DNA from: Chiloscyllium plagiosum
Lineage: Eukaryota
Length of the DNA: 52,453 bases
Reading direction: 5' to 3'
Assembly: GCF_004010195.1 (NCBI RefSeq)
Contig: NC_057750.1
Coordinates: 1,044,269-1,096,721 of the forward strand
Shown: positions 1 through 11,459 of the stretch, piece after piece
Position numbering within the stretch: the first letter of the stretch is position 1
Layout of the letters: every line of letters starts with the position of its first letter
Position numbers and translations under genes: made by a program
Notes under the pieces: generated by a model
Seen by the model: the letters and a program-made list of their open reading frames with translations, nothing else
What the model was told of the DNA's origin: nothing
The model's database searches: none

Positions 1-622
1 GGGGTCAGGCTGGTTACAGGGGGTGGTGTCTATGTGGGTCAGGCTGGTTACGGGGCGTTTTGTCTATGGGGGTCAGGCTGGTTATAGGGGGTGGTGTCTA
101 TGTGGGTCAGGCTGGTTACGGGGCGTTTTGTCTATGGGGGTCAGGCTGGTTATAGGGGGTGGTGTCTATGTGGGTCAGGCTGGTTACGGGGCGTTTTGTC
201 TATGGGGGTCAGGCTGGTTATAGGGGGTGGTGTCTATGTGGGTCAGGCTGGTTACGGGGCGTTTTGTCTATGGGGGTCAGGCTGGTTATAGGGGGTGGTG
301 TCTATGTGGGTCAGGCTGGTTACGGGGCGTTTTGTCTATGGGGGTCAGGCTGGTTATAGGGGGTGGTGTCTATGTGGGTCAGGCTGGTTACGGGGCGTTT
401 TGTCTATGGGGGTCAGGCTGGTTATAGGGGGTGGTGTCTATGTGGGTCAGGCTGGTTACGGGGCGCCGTGTCTATGGGGGTCAGGCTGGTTACAGGGGGT
501 GGTGTCTATGTGGGTCAGGCTGGTTATGGGGCGTCGTGTCTATGGGGGTCAGGCTGGTTACGTGTAGAGGTGCCCATGTGTGTTAGGCTGGTTACGTGGG
601 GAGGTGCCCATGTGGGTCAGGC
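1..622. repeat. G-rich minisatellite, 34-bp monomer organised as a 68-bp higher-order dimer
   Basis: Units ggtcaggctggttatagggggtggtgtctatgtg and ggtcaggctggttacggggcgttttgtctatggg alternate. Identical ORFs recur every 68 nt (23, 91, 159, 227...). The array degenerates after ~560 and runs off the window start. Confidence 0.97.
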
Positions 623-1092
623 CGTGTTGCTCTGTCCTAGTATAAGTTAACAAATCCAGGGCACTATAACAGGAAAAGCAGGAGAATCTCAGGTCAGCTC
701 CACTCTTTCACACCCCACCCCTGATGTCTAGCACATTCTGTTCATTACAGGGTCACCTTGCTGATGGAGGAATGCTGAGGTTCCTACAGCAGACACTGAG
801 CTTCAGAATGGTTCATTCTCACAGGTTTGATGGGTGGTTGTCCCAGTACAAGTTGAATATTACTGTGTTTTGTATTCAGGAGCATACAGCTCACATTTAC
901 ATCTCAGTTGGCCCCAAGTTTCAATGCTAAAGTTATTACCCTTGTATTTAAATCCCTCCTCACCCCTCCCTAAGTCTGCAAAAGCCTCCAATCCTGATCT
1001 CTCGGGCATCCTGACTTTATCTGCTTCACCATTGGCACTGTACCTTCAGCTGCCTGAGCCATGGCCTCTGGAGTTGTCTCCTTCAACCCCTC

Positions 1093-1278
1093 GGTCTCTC
1101 TCTTTTTCTCTCCTCCTTTCAGTTATCTCTCTCTCATTCTCTTTCTCTGTTTTTGAAAGCCTTTCTCTCCCTCTCTCTTTCCTCCATTTCTCTCTCTCTT
1201 TTTCCTCCATTTCCTTCACACTCTCACATAAACTCTGTCTCTTTCTCGCTCTCTGTACTCTCTCCATCTCCTCCTTTT
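1093..1278. repeat. (CT)n-like polypyrimidine low-complexity tract
   Basis: Almost entirely C/T on the + strand; produces the spurious S/L/F-rich and E/R/K-rich ORFs. Confidence 0.9.
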
Positions 1279-2067
1279 AGCCATTCTTTAAAACATTCCC
1301 CATGTTTTGTAATACCACTGTAAGGAAGTGTGATTGGAAAGGTTGAACACCAAAGTAGAGCCAATAGTCATGGGGTATACAGGCTCGTCCTCTGCACAGC
1401 CATCCCTGTGTCTGCTTCACAAAGACTCAAGTGATGAGTTCCAGATGGGGAGGCCATTGCTATCTCCGGGAAACGCACACTCAGTGAGCTCTGTCAGGAG
1501 ATCATTTAGTGATTCCCATGATCCTTGCCAGGGTTATCACACCATGTCATGTGGCTCAGCATTGATGTTTAATTTGACAATAGTCCTATGAAACTCATTG
1601 GGATAGTTTATGACATGGAAGGTTGCAACCTAAGCAGATGTTGTTGGGCCCTTTTGTAGTTAATTAGGTAATCAGGAAGTTGTCAGCTCTCCTCACATTG
1701 TGTAGGCTTGCTGTCAATGACAGTGGGTTCACTGAGAGTGATAACCAGGAAGATCCACATTGCCAACCCCAGGATGGAACTTCACATTGCTGGACATTCC
1801 AAGACTTGTTTTCAGAATTAACATCACAAGATTCACAATAAAAATACCCTTTGAGGCAACAGGTGGATCCCTTGAGATGGGAGGTAAGTTGGAGTCTCAG
1901 TCATGCTAGTGATTGTTTCAGACAGTAACAGGACAGGACTTTCTCTGGGTTCAATCCACCTGCTATTACTGTACATCCAAACAGACAAGACAAAATACTG
2001 TAGGAAAAGGAAACAGAGGGCAGTCTCCATGGTCTGGCTCAGAGCTGAGTCCTGATGCTGTCAGGTG

Positions 2068-2375
2068 GGGTGGCACAGTGGCTCAGTGGTTAGCACTGCT
2101 GCCTCACAACACCAGGGACCCAGGTTCGATTCCAGCCTCAGGCAACTGTCTGTGTGGAGTTTGCACATTCTCCCCGTGTCTGCATGGGTTTCCTCCGGGT
2201 GCTCCGGTTTCCTCCCACAATTCAAAGATGTGCGGGTTAGGGTGAATTGGCCGTGCTAAATTGCCCATTGTGTTAGGTACATTAGTCAGAGGGAAATGGG
2301 TCGGGGTGGGTTACTCTTCGGAGGGTCGGTGTGGACTTGTTGGGCTGAACGGCCTGTTTCCACACTGTAAATCTA
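2068..2375 (+). mobile_element. HE1-type V-SINE (tRNA-derived)
   Basis: A box (tggctcagtgg), B box (ggttcgattcc), V domain (gtgtggagtttgcacattctccccgtgtctgc...ggtttcctcccac) and CR1-like tail (ggcctgtttcccacactgta). Confidence 0.93.
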
Positions 2376-2479
2376 GAAAAGTATTTGAGCAAGAGACATG
2401 AGGATCAATTCCTCGAGCTGGTGTTGTGTTTCACTGGGATACTGTCACAGGCCCAGGCCTGAAACTTACCACCACAGCA

Positions 2480-3575
2480 GATGCTTTGTTGAACCAGCAA
2501 ATGATCGGAATGTTGAAATTATACTTACAGACCGAGCGAAGATGTCTGCAAGGTGATTGCTCTGTCTGTGTTTGGTCTCATCAATATAAACGAGACCACG
2601 TTGTGAGCAGAGAATACAATGAACCAGACTGAAAGATGTACAAGTTAATCCATGCTTCACCTGAATGGTGTGTTTGATAGCTTGGATAGTGAGGAGTAAA
2701 AAGGTAAGACTTACACTTGCTGCGATTGCATGGGGAGGTCCAGTGGGGAATGTATGAGGAATAGACAAGGCTGGGCTCCCTGCAGAATGATGACTGTGGA
2801 GGGAAGGGGAAGGTGGTATCCTGTTGGAGGTAGCAGCAATGGCAGGGAATGACCATTTGAATGTGGAGACTAATGGGCTGGAAAGGAAGGATGGGGGAAC
2901 TTTATCATTGCTCTGGGAGGGAGGGAGGGGCAGGGGTGAAGGCAGCAGAGTGGGTTATGGGTCAGGCACAGCTAAGGGAGATGGGGGTGGGGAGATGACC
3001 TTGGTTGAGAGGAAAGGTGGTCATGTCAGAGGCAGTCTGCAGGAAGGTGGCATTATCCGAACAGATGCAACCGAGACGGAGGAACTGAGAGAACGCACAG
3101 AATCCTTACAGGAAGCAGGATGTGAGGTGGTGTCATGGAGGTAACTGTGGGAGTCGGGGGACAGCATATCCCCAGGAATGGAGACAGAGGAGTCAAGGAA
3201 GAGCAAATTACAAGATGAAATAAGTGAAGGTGAGAGAAGGATCCAAATTGGAAGCAAAGCTGATGAGGTTTACAATTCTGGATGAAAGCAGCATCAATGA
3301 AAGAGGTATGGGTGGGGGTCCACGTGGGACTGGAACAAGGAATGTTCCACTTACCCCACAAAGAGACTGGCATCTCTAGGGTCCATGTGAGTAACCATTG
3401 GCCACATCTTTTGTGTGGAGAATGTGAGAGAAGCTAAAAGAGAAATTGTTCAATCAGGGAACAAGTCCAGCCAAGCAGAGGAGACTGGTGGTGGATGGAG
3501 ACTGTTCAAGCTTTCACTCAAGGAAGCAACAGAGAGACCTCAGGTCAGAGGAAGTGCAGAAACCAAAGTCAAGCT
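2480..3575 (-). mobile_element. Decayed Penelope-like element (RT and GIY-YIG endonuclease remnants)
   Basis: Minus-strand translation LTCTSFSLVHCILCSQRGLVYIDETK matches the PLE GIY-YIG pattern. The region near 3340-3410 resembles the PLE RT motif VAMGTxMGPxYAxLF. Frameshifted, with stops. Confidence 0.75.
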
Positions 3576-3699
3576 CAGAGGCAGCATCGAGTTACCAACA
3601 TGCTCCAGCCACGATGCCCTTCCATCCATACGGTACAAACAAAGGATTCAGTGTGCACAGTTTAATTGTTCTGACATCAAGTCCTAACCATCAAGACTG

Positions 3700-3815
3700 G
3701 AACTATTAACTCTGATTTTCTCTTTTTCTCTACAAATATCGCCAGACCTGCTGAGTTTCTCCAGCACTGTTTGTTTTTATTTCTGATTTCCAGAATCTAT
3801 AGTTCTTCGAGTTTA
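3700..3815 (+). mobile_element. PLE terminal-repeat (pLTR) tail fragment
   Basis: gccagacctgctgagtttctccagcactg...gatttccag motif, shared with many other tail fragments in this window. Confidence 0.65.
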
Positions 3816-4567
3816 TTACATCATTTCGTTCTCTGGGTCAAACTCTCTTATGCTTATGCTGTAAGCCACATGAGCTAGAAACATCGGCTTTGTTTGAGTC
3901 TGTATGGGGGCAGCAAGGAGATATTTGTATTTCAGTGAATTTTTTCTTTTTGTTGCTAAGCTGTGGCTCAGAGCTAGCACAGGCAAATGGAGGGGGGCAG
4001 TAGATGGTGATGGCGCAGTTGGGTGTGAGTGAATGTTCATTATAGAGTGGAGCAGACAGAAGTTTGCTCTGAACCTCACCCATATTTCCTTTGGCCTGGG
4101 AAAATAATATAGGCAGCAAAATTAGAGAAGATCTTAATCTCTCAACACTGATGCTGCACAGCATGATAACCCAGCACTGATCCTCAAAGGGAGATTGGGG
4201 AGAGATAAGGAGGAGTTTTTCCCCCAATAACTACTCAAAGTTATCTTTGCTCTCCTACAGAGCGAGACACCTCTCAGTCCAGTTTAGATCAGCATGTCTT
4301 TTACTGACAGGTACCGATGTCAAGATCAGATAAACCCAGAAAATGACAACTGAGCATGTATAACATACCATGTGAGGGAACAGCTGCTTTATAATTATTA
4401 GTTGCAGACTGACAGTCCTGCAGTGCCGCAGTGTACGAATTATCAAATGAAGAGCTGATGAGAGCCCCTGTTTACGAGGCAGGATCTGTGCAGATGGCAT
4501 TTCAGTTCAACAGGGCTGGCTCATAACAGCTCAAGCAACACCAACATCTTTTTGATAGAGGGAGAGT

Positions 4568-4760
4568 GGATGATCTTGCATTTATATAGCAATTTAGCAT
4601 GTCCCGATGATGCCCTAAACTGCTGATAAATTACACGATAAGAGCAGCCATTATGGTTATGGTGGAAAGACAGATCTTTGGGAGCGTTATGTTCAGAGAC
4701 AGAGAATGGATTTGCCAATGCAGATTTTATTGACCATCCCCAATTACCTTGAGGGATAAA
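4568..4760 (-). mobile_element. Degenerate Deu-domain SINE (SacSINE1/AmnSINE-like) fragment
   Basis: ttgcatttatatagc tail and tgagggataaat motif; similar to copies at 20895, 40788 and 41800. Confidence 0.5.
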
Positions 4761-5452
4761 TACATTGTGTAGGTTTAGTGTCACATGTAGGTCATACCAG
4801 GTAAAGATGATGGGCTACCTTCCCTGAAGTATATTAGTGAACCAATTAGGCTTTGATGAGACAATGTCAGCTCAGAGATGACAACATTGGTAACTGCAAT
4901 ATCTATAATTTATTTTGCTGGGACTGGAACAGTGAATTTCCAGCCAGATTCTGTGGTTACAATCCCCTGAAACCCCACCTTACTGCTGCATCTTATCAAA
5001 ACCTTCTTCATTATGGATACAATCTCGTTTGTTTAAAGCACAATCAATCCCTGACCTAAAGGTTAAAATTTGCAATTAGTTCCTCTATCCCATAGCTATC
5101 TCAGCCATTCAGAATGAAATTAATCACCTGTAGTTAAAGGGACAGGACCCAGTTTGTATTAAAACAGCAACTAAGAGTGCAGACTTCCTGAGAGTAATGG
5201 CACAGCAATGCTGTTAATTCATTCAGTATTTTGCTGAGACTCCCACAGCAACACAAGGGAGGGATATCCATCCTGACAATGAGATCTGTGACATCCCAGA
5301 GGAGGTAAGGCACTCGTGTTGATAACTTTCGCACATTCCTGTCTTAAACCGATTCCAACCTCTCATTAAGTTAGTGAGATTTGAATCACACGTATCAAAT
5401 GCCTATGAAACAGTCAAACAGATCACTGTCAAGGTTGGTCACTCATTGAAGT

Positions 5453-6060
5453 TGTTATGGACCAGACCAGCCCCCTCAAAATGAATTACCTTAATTTTTC
5501 TTATTTTAAAGATAAATGTAAGGTACTGTATTTCAATTGGTCAAACTACTCAACATTAAGCAAAACACAATTTATTCATGCATTCCAGTAGAAATATAAC
5601 CAAAGAAAAAGGAACTTGGAATTACAATTCTATTGGAAAACTTATCAGAATAATAGATTATTTTACTGCTAAACAGTAACTGTTCCAGTATAATAACATC
5701 CCATAAAAATACCATCAGCCAAAATAAAATTCAGAAAACAGATTGTCTCACATGCAGTTCTCCAATCCAGGAGAAAAGGAAATCAAAAGACAATTCAGAG
5801 AGTGTGTGTAGTAGTTGGGAGAGATTCACTTCCAACCATGTTGAGACCCCAGCAACAACTGCTGAAAGCTAAAACTAAAATCCCTTCTTCTGTGGGAGCT
5901 TGAACACACCCAGTCAGGCAGCCTCTATTGTTCCAAATTTTTTAAAAACCAAAGGCCTCACAAATTGTTCATCTTCTCAGACTGCTCAGTACCTGTCCCC
6001 CAATCTCTCTCTCAAAGTAGCTAAGACAAACACAACTCTTAATGTCACAGTATCTTCATA
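5453..6060. mobile_element. Probable LTR-like interspersed repeat (solo LTR)
   Basis: ~600-bp block starting TGTTATGG and ending TTCATA, resembling shark LTR-type repeats from memory. No clear TSD. Confidence 0.4.
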
Positions 6061-6924
6061 AAACAGATGACTCAAGTAAAACATACTAATGAAACATTCA
6101 GTCAGATGGAGAATTGGAGCCTTAATTGTTGAAAAGAGGAATGGGATAAATAGTTAAGAAGCGGGCTACAGAAAATAGCAGGGTTGAGAAGGCCTAATCA
6201 GAAGCTCTTTCAAAGATACAGTTCTGGCACGATGGGCCAAATGGACTCCAATGTAGCAAAATTCTACGTCTTCATTCCGGGTCAATCAGAACTCTAAGAA
6301 GAATCCTACATATGTGTCAAACAGTTTGATACAATCATATTCCATTACTGTGAAGGCTTTTTCATTATCTGTCTGACAACCCAAATGGGAGGTGTCAGTC
6401 GGGTCATAATGGGTTAATTAGGTTGTGGTTTTTATTCTTGGGTGCTTGGGGGGAATCTTCATAGCACAACAGCGGGGCAGAGAGAAATAGTGACATTTCT
6501 GAAAACAATAGTAAAAGGACCGAGGAATGAGACAGATCTAGTTCAGCGCCCTTGGGTCAGGGCAGAGGAGAAATGAAAGCTTTAGAACAAAGCCACTCTT
6601 TCTGCCTGAGAGCATTTTAATCGAAGCAAATGTAAGTAAGAGAGATTGGTGAGCTGCTGGGGGTGGGGTGGGGGAGCTGTGTTGAGGAAATAAGAGTGTT
6701 CCCAAGGACTGACAGTGTTTCTCAACATAATGCCTCATTTACCATGTCCGGTCTGTCGTAGACCTGTCAAGAAAGGGCTGGTGGTTTGGGGTTTAATTGG
6801 ACAGCACTTCCAAAGAGCTAACAGGGACTCCATGGGCCAAATGACCATTTTCGGTCTCATTCTATGGCTCAAAGATTGCAGCTCATCCTCAGATAAGGCA
6901 TCATTGGCCATCACATGTATATGG

Positions 6925-7109
6925 ATTAGTGGTGCTGGAAGAGCACAGCAGTTCAGGCAGCATCCGAGGAGCAGTAAAATCGACATTTCGGGCGAAAGCC
7001 CTTCATCAGGAATACAGCTGATTCTGACAGCTGATGCTGCCTGAACTGCTATGCCTTCCAGCACCACTGATCCAGAATCTGGTTTCCAGCATCCAGCATT
7101 TTTACCCTG
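6925..7109. mobile_element. Mini PLE-derived fold-back element with hammerhead core and 14-bp TSD
   Basis: Inverted arms at ~6929-6964 and ~7034-7068. Flanked by tcacatgtatatgg (6911-6924) and tcacatgcatatgg (7110-7123). Confidence 0.85.
6980..7012 (-). ncRNA. Minimal type I hammerhead ribozyme motif
   Basis: Minus strand reads CUGAUGA-a-gggc-uuuc-gccc-GAAA-ug-UC. The stem III palindrome ACGU appears CpG-decayed to AUGU. Confidence 0.75.
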
Positions 7110-7244
7110 TCACATGCATATGGGCCAAGTAACAACTCTGTGTTCAGTTCCAAACAGGTATCTGCAGGGCTATTACACTATATGGGGCATCGCAGTCATG
7201 AGAAACCTTTTTCTGCAGTAATGCCTGTGCACACTCACAGCTAG

Positions 7245-7425
7245 GAACAATCACAGAGTTCTGTGACGCCAACAGAATGGATTTGATTCCCTCACCAGCT
7301 GAATTTACCATAACAGACACGCCTTCTCAATCTCTCCCTCACCAGAGGGAGTGACCCTCAGGTTAAACCACCACCAGTTGTCTCTCTCTATTAAGAGGGA
7401 GGAACTCTATGGTCCCCTTACCTTT
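7245..7425 (+). mobile_element. Degenerate tRNA-derived SINE (second family, related to 41315-41560)
   Basis: Shares ttctcaa-ctctccct, gtgaccctcagg and tctctct-taa-gag motifs with the copy at 41315. Confidence 0.6.
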
Positions 7426-7587
7426 TTATTCTATCTCAGCAACACTGAACCCTGGTATACAGTTGTATGCTCTGGCCTGGATTAGAAAGTCACACTAAGG
7501 TATGCAATGGATTGAATCTGACACCTTATTGGGATTTAACACAGAGCACAAAGTTGCTGGGATCTCATTCAGCTGACAATTTTAAAA

Positions 7588-8015
7588 TTGTGGCTCTGTG
7601 GTTAGCACCGCTGCCTCACAGCACCAGGATCCCAGCGTTCAATTCCAGCTTGTCTTGTGGGGAGTATGCACATTCTCCCAGTGTCTTTGAGGGTTTCCTC
7701 CAGGTGCCCTGGTTTCCTCCCACAATCCAAAGATGTGCAGGTTAGGGTGAATCAGCAATGGGCGATTGTCCATAGTGTTCCAGGATGTACAGGTTAGGGT
7801 GGATCAGCAATGGGCGATTGTCCATAGTGTGCCGGGATGTGCAGGTTAGGGTGGATCAGCAAAGGGAAATAGCTCCAGTGTCCGGGGATGTTCAGGCTAG
7901 GCGGGGTAACCACAGGAAATGTGGAGTTGCAGGGGTAGGGTAGGGAAGGGTGCATCCAGATGTTCAGAGGTGTGGACCCGATGGGCCAAATTACCTGTTT
8001 CCATGCTGTAGAGAG
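7588..8015 (+). mobile_element. HE1-type V-SINE with internal 52-bp tandem expansion
   Basis: A/B boxes and V domain. The unit gatgtgcaggttagggtggatcagcaatggg... starts at 7732, 7784, 7836 and 7887. Confidence 0.88.
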
Positions 8016-8109
8016 TCGTAGAATCCCTACACAGAGCTCCTAATATCAGTTACCTTGGCGATGATGACAATGATAAAGCCATGGGAGAATACAGATTCTG
8101 TAAACAAAT

Positions 8110-8357
8110 CTAGAATAAAAAGCTGGTGGCTACATCACAACATCAGATTGTTGTAAAAACCCATCTGGTTCACTAATGCCCTTTCAATCTGCCATCCTCA
8201 CCCAGACTTGCCCATACATAACAACAAACCCACAACAATGTGCTGGCTGTTAACTGCCCTCGGAAATGCTCTCGGAAACCAATCAATCCCAGGACTGGTC
8301 GGAGTGGGCAAGAAATACTGGCTTTGACAGCAACACCCACATTCTTCGAATGAGTAA
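8110..8357 (+). mobile_element. Old vertebrate SINE/LINE 3' region
   Basis: aaaacccatctggttcactaatg...aatctgccatcct...cccacaacaatgtg...actgccctc; related copies at 49895-50040 (+) and ~21690-22000 (-). Confidence 0.6.
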
Positions 8358-8559
8358 AGCAACACTTGGGAGAACAGAGCGTCAACATCACTAAAAGGAT
8401 CCAGAGGGTGAAATGGTTTGTCTTGTTCTCATCAGCACTAGGATGCAAGAAACTGAGTTAGAAAAGAGACACCATTTTATAGAGCCTGAGAAGAGGGTGC
8501 TGATTGGTTGCGACATTAATGGCCTGGAGATGTAACAGTTAACTGTCAATCCTAATTCT

Positions 8560-8612
8560 TTTTTTTCTTTCTTTTTTTTCTCCACACTACCACCTAAGTG
8601 CGGTAATGCTTA
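8560..8612 (-). mobile_element. Very short 5'-truncated poly(A)-tailed retro-insertion with perfect 14-bp TSD
   Basis: tcaatcctaattct occurs at 8546-8559 and 8613-8626. The insert on the minus strand is taagcattaccgcacttaggtggtagtgtggag followed by an A-rich tail. Confidence 0.85.
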
Positions 8613-9769
8613 TCAATCCTAATTCTCAGACTAATCAGGTAGATTCTGATTGGTCAGGTTGCGGCCATGGAGATGGAACAGCAAATTGTCTCCATGACCT
8701 CATTTGCAATTTGATGTAGAAAATGTCTGTTGCACAAAGGAAACAGGAACCTGCATATTTGCATAATTAGTTTCCTGCACATGCAAATGCAATACAATGA
8801 AAGCCTAACAGCAACCATGACCCAATCAAAACCCTCTTCTCGTGTTGTATATAACAATGTCCCTTTGTTTAAGAGAATTTCTTTTGCCCTTGTACTGTTG
8901 AGTGCATGGCAAAAACCTACAACCTCTTGCTTCCTTTCTGCAATGTTTAGGAATAATAGGATTGAAAGGAAGGAGAAAGAGCGCTGTTAAAGAAAGCTCA
9001 GCATTCCTAATGTGGGCAAAACAGTGAAGATATCAGCTAGAGATATTCTTGAATAACCCTGGTGTCCTTTTCACCTGGAAAACTGAATGTAGCGTTAAAA
9101 ATTCAAGTGAAGTGCTGCTTTAAGTGGTTCAAAAAGAAAATGACATTTCAGAAAGAGCCACCTTTGACCTTGTTATGCGACAGAATCCCTTAGCTGACCC
9201 ATTTGTTAGAAATCCAGACTGTAAATAGTAATTACAGCAACAAAGAAATTACCGGGAAGATTGCTAAATTGTTCAGTGAGTGCAAGCTGCATTAGCTCAT
9301 ATCCACTTCAGTAATTGGCTGTGTGAGTAATGTAGGAACAATAGGAAAAAAGGCACACTGGACAGACTGTGTGTATAGTACAGGACATTGCCAAATGAGG
9401 GGAGTTGGTACCAGTGTAATTGGCTGTGGTGCATTTGGAACTTTTCCTCCAACACGAACACGATTCTTTGAGCAAACAGGACAGAAAGATCGAGATTATT
9501 GTTCTTATTTGACAGCCGAGTGAGTGATGGCCTTGGTCACTTTTGAATTGGCAGCCAATGAAGTGAGGGATACAGTCCATCTAATTCTGAAGCATTGATA
9601 TATCTCAGTAGGTAAACGTTGCAGTGGGGCAGTCACCTCTGCAGTCAGGGCAATTTGAATAATGTTCATGTGTGAAGTCAGACTGAAAGAAGGCATGTGT
9701 AAAATGCAGCTTTGATAAATGAAAAGACAAGGATACATAATTAGTCAGGATGATAATCTTAGACACAAT

Positions 9770-10590
9770 GCATCAGAGAATGGTTCCTACAAATAGGCTA
9801 TTTGGCCGGCTGTGCTAGCCCTCCCAATTCCCACCCTTTCGACATCACCCCGCAAACTTCTTCCCATCAGACTGTTATCCAATTCTCTTTTAAAATCTAA
9901 GATAAAGTTTGTCCCCCACAATACCCTCAGGCAGTGTCTAATTACTCATTTCACCTTTTGTTCTTTTGCCAAAATCTGTGCCGTGTGATTTTGATCCACC
10001 AATGAGATTAATTTCATCCTAAAAACTGTGTCCAGATGTTCATGAATATGAACACCTCGATCTTTTCTCAAAGGAGACCAAACCCAACATTGCCGGTATC
10101 ATTACAATTCCTCATCCCTGGAACCACTCCTGGCCAAGTTTTCCTTCTCCATTACCTTCACATTCTTCCTCATTGTGAATTCCCAGAACTGGACACAATA
10201 TTCCAGTTGAAGCTGAACTTTTTTATATATAAAAGTTCACCATAACTCCATTGTACACAATCCTTCTTATGAGACACTCAGGATACTCAGTGCTAACTGA
10301 AAATACTGGAGAAGCTCAGTAGTTTTGCAGCATCTACAGAGAGAGAAACAGACTTTCTTGTAGTTCTGAAAAAACAGGCATATCAGACTAGAAGCATTAA
10401 CTCTGTTTCTTTCTCCACAGCTGCTGCCAGACCTCCAGCTTTCTCTGTCAGTAGTATCCAGTTTTTTGGCTTTTATCCAGGATCTTGTGTGCTTTATTAA
10501 CCACTTTTTCAACCTGCCCCAGCACCTTTGATAATCTCTGCACATGTAGAAACATAGAAAATAGGAGCAGGAATAGGCCATTTAACCCTT
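9770..10590 (-). mobile_element. Degenerate CR1 LINE fragments, interrupted by a PLE tail pair (~10290-10470)
   Basis: cccagaactggacacaatattccagttg (reverse of CR1 HLEYCVQFW). Inverted PLE tails gagaagctcag...gcagcatct and ctgctgccagacct. Confidence 0.55.
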
Positions 10591-10692
10591 TGATTTCATT
10601 TGGTTTGATTTATTACTGTCACATGTACCTAAGTATAGTGAAAAGTTTTGTTTTGCATGCAGTTCAAGAAAATAATACAATACAAATTGCAT

Positions 10693-10908
10693 GAGGGTAA
10701 TTGGACAGAGACTCAAGGATAATCGGACAGAGACACGAGGGTAATGGGACAGAGGCACGAGGGTAATGGGACAGAGACACGAGGGTAATGGGACAGAGGC
10801 ACGAGGGTAATGGGACAGAGGCACGAGGGTAATGGGACAGAGACACGAGGGTAATGGGACAGAGACACGAGGATAATGGGACAGAGACACGAGGGTAATC
10901 GGGCAGAG
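10693..10908. repeat. 22-bp minisatellite, ~10 copies
   Basis: Unit gagggtaatgggacagag(a/g)cac; gtaat/ataat recurs every 22 nt from 10697 to 10895. Confidence 0.97.
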
Positions 10909-11009
10909 AAGGTGCACAAAGACAGAGATCAGCCTAACATTTAAAATTTGAGAGGCCCAGAGTCTAATCACAGCGGAGAAGTAGCTGTGTGAATGGGTGT
11001 CTTCTGCCA

Positions 11010-11408
11010 GTGGGAGAGAGTATAACTGGGGTCTTTGATGGTGGCTGCCTGATGGAAGATAGTGGGAGAGAGTATAACTGAGGTCTTTGGTGGTGGCTGC
11101 CTGATGAAGAGAGTGGGAGAGAGTATAACTGGGGTCTTTGGTGGTGGCTGCCTGATGGAAGATAGTGGGAGAGAGTATAACTGGGGTCTTTGGTGGTGGC
11201 TGCCTGATGAAGATAGTGGGAGAGAGCATAATTGGGGCCTTTGATGGTGGCTGCCTGATGAAGATAGTGGGAGAGAGTATAACTGGGGTCGTTGGTGGCA
11301 GCTGCCTGATGAAGATAGAGGGAGAGAGTATAACTGGGGTCTTTGGTGGTGGCTGCCTGATGAAGAGCGTGGGAGAGAGTATAACTGGGGTCGTTGGTAG
11401 TGACTGCC
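11010..11408. repeat. 51/52-bp minisatellite, 8 copies
   Basis: Unit gtgggagagagtataactggggtctttggtggtggctgcctgatg(g)aagata starts at 11010, 11062, 11113, 11165, 11216, 11267, 11318 and 11369. Confidence 0.97.
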
Positions 11409-11459
11409 TTTCCAAGCAGCAGGAAGTATAGACGGCACCTGCATTGAGCTTGCTGATCA

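Larger units (their letters stand above)
10590..11455 (-). mobile_element. Rex1/Babar-type LINE 3' remnant hosting two minisatellites
   Basis: Minus-strand pieces VYTSCCL, AATIKDPSYTLSH, LPSG and HSYFSAVIRL resemble the Rex1/Babar ORF C-terminus (IYTSRCL..IIKDPSHP...LPSGRR...SFFPAVIRL). The tail near 10590-10670 carries short aatca-type repeats. Confidence 0.6.

Noticed and set aside
23..650. Gly-rich ORFs resembling structural proteins
   Set aside because: They are translations of the 34/68-bp minisatellite. The period is not a multiple of 3 and stops recur.
2068..2140. tRNA genes at SINE heads (also 37381 and 41320)
   Set aside because: A/B boxes run directly into SINE bodies, and no complete cloverleaf is evident.
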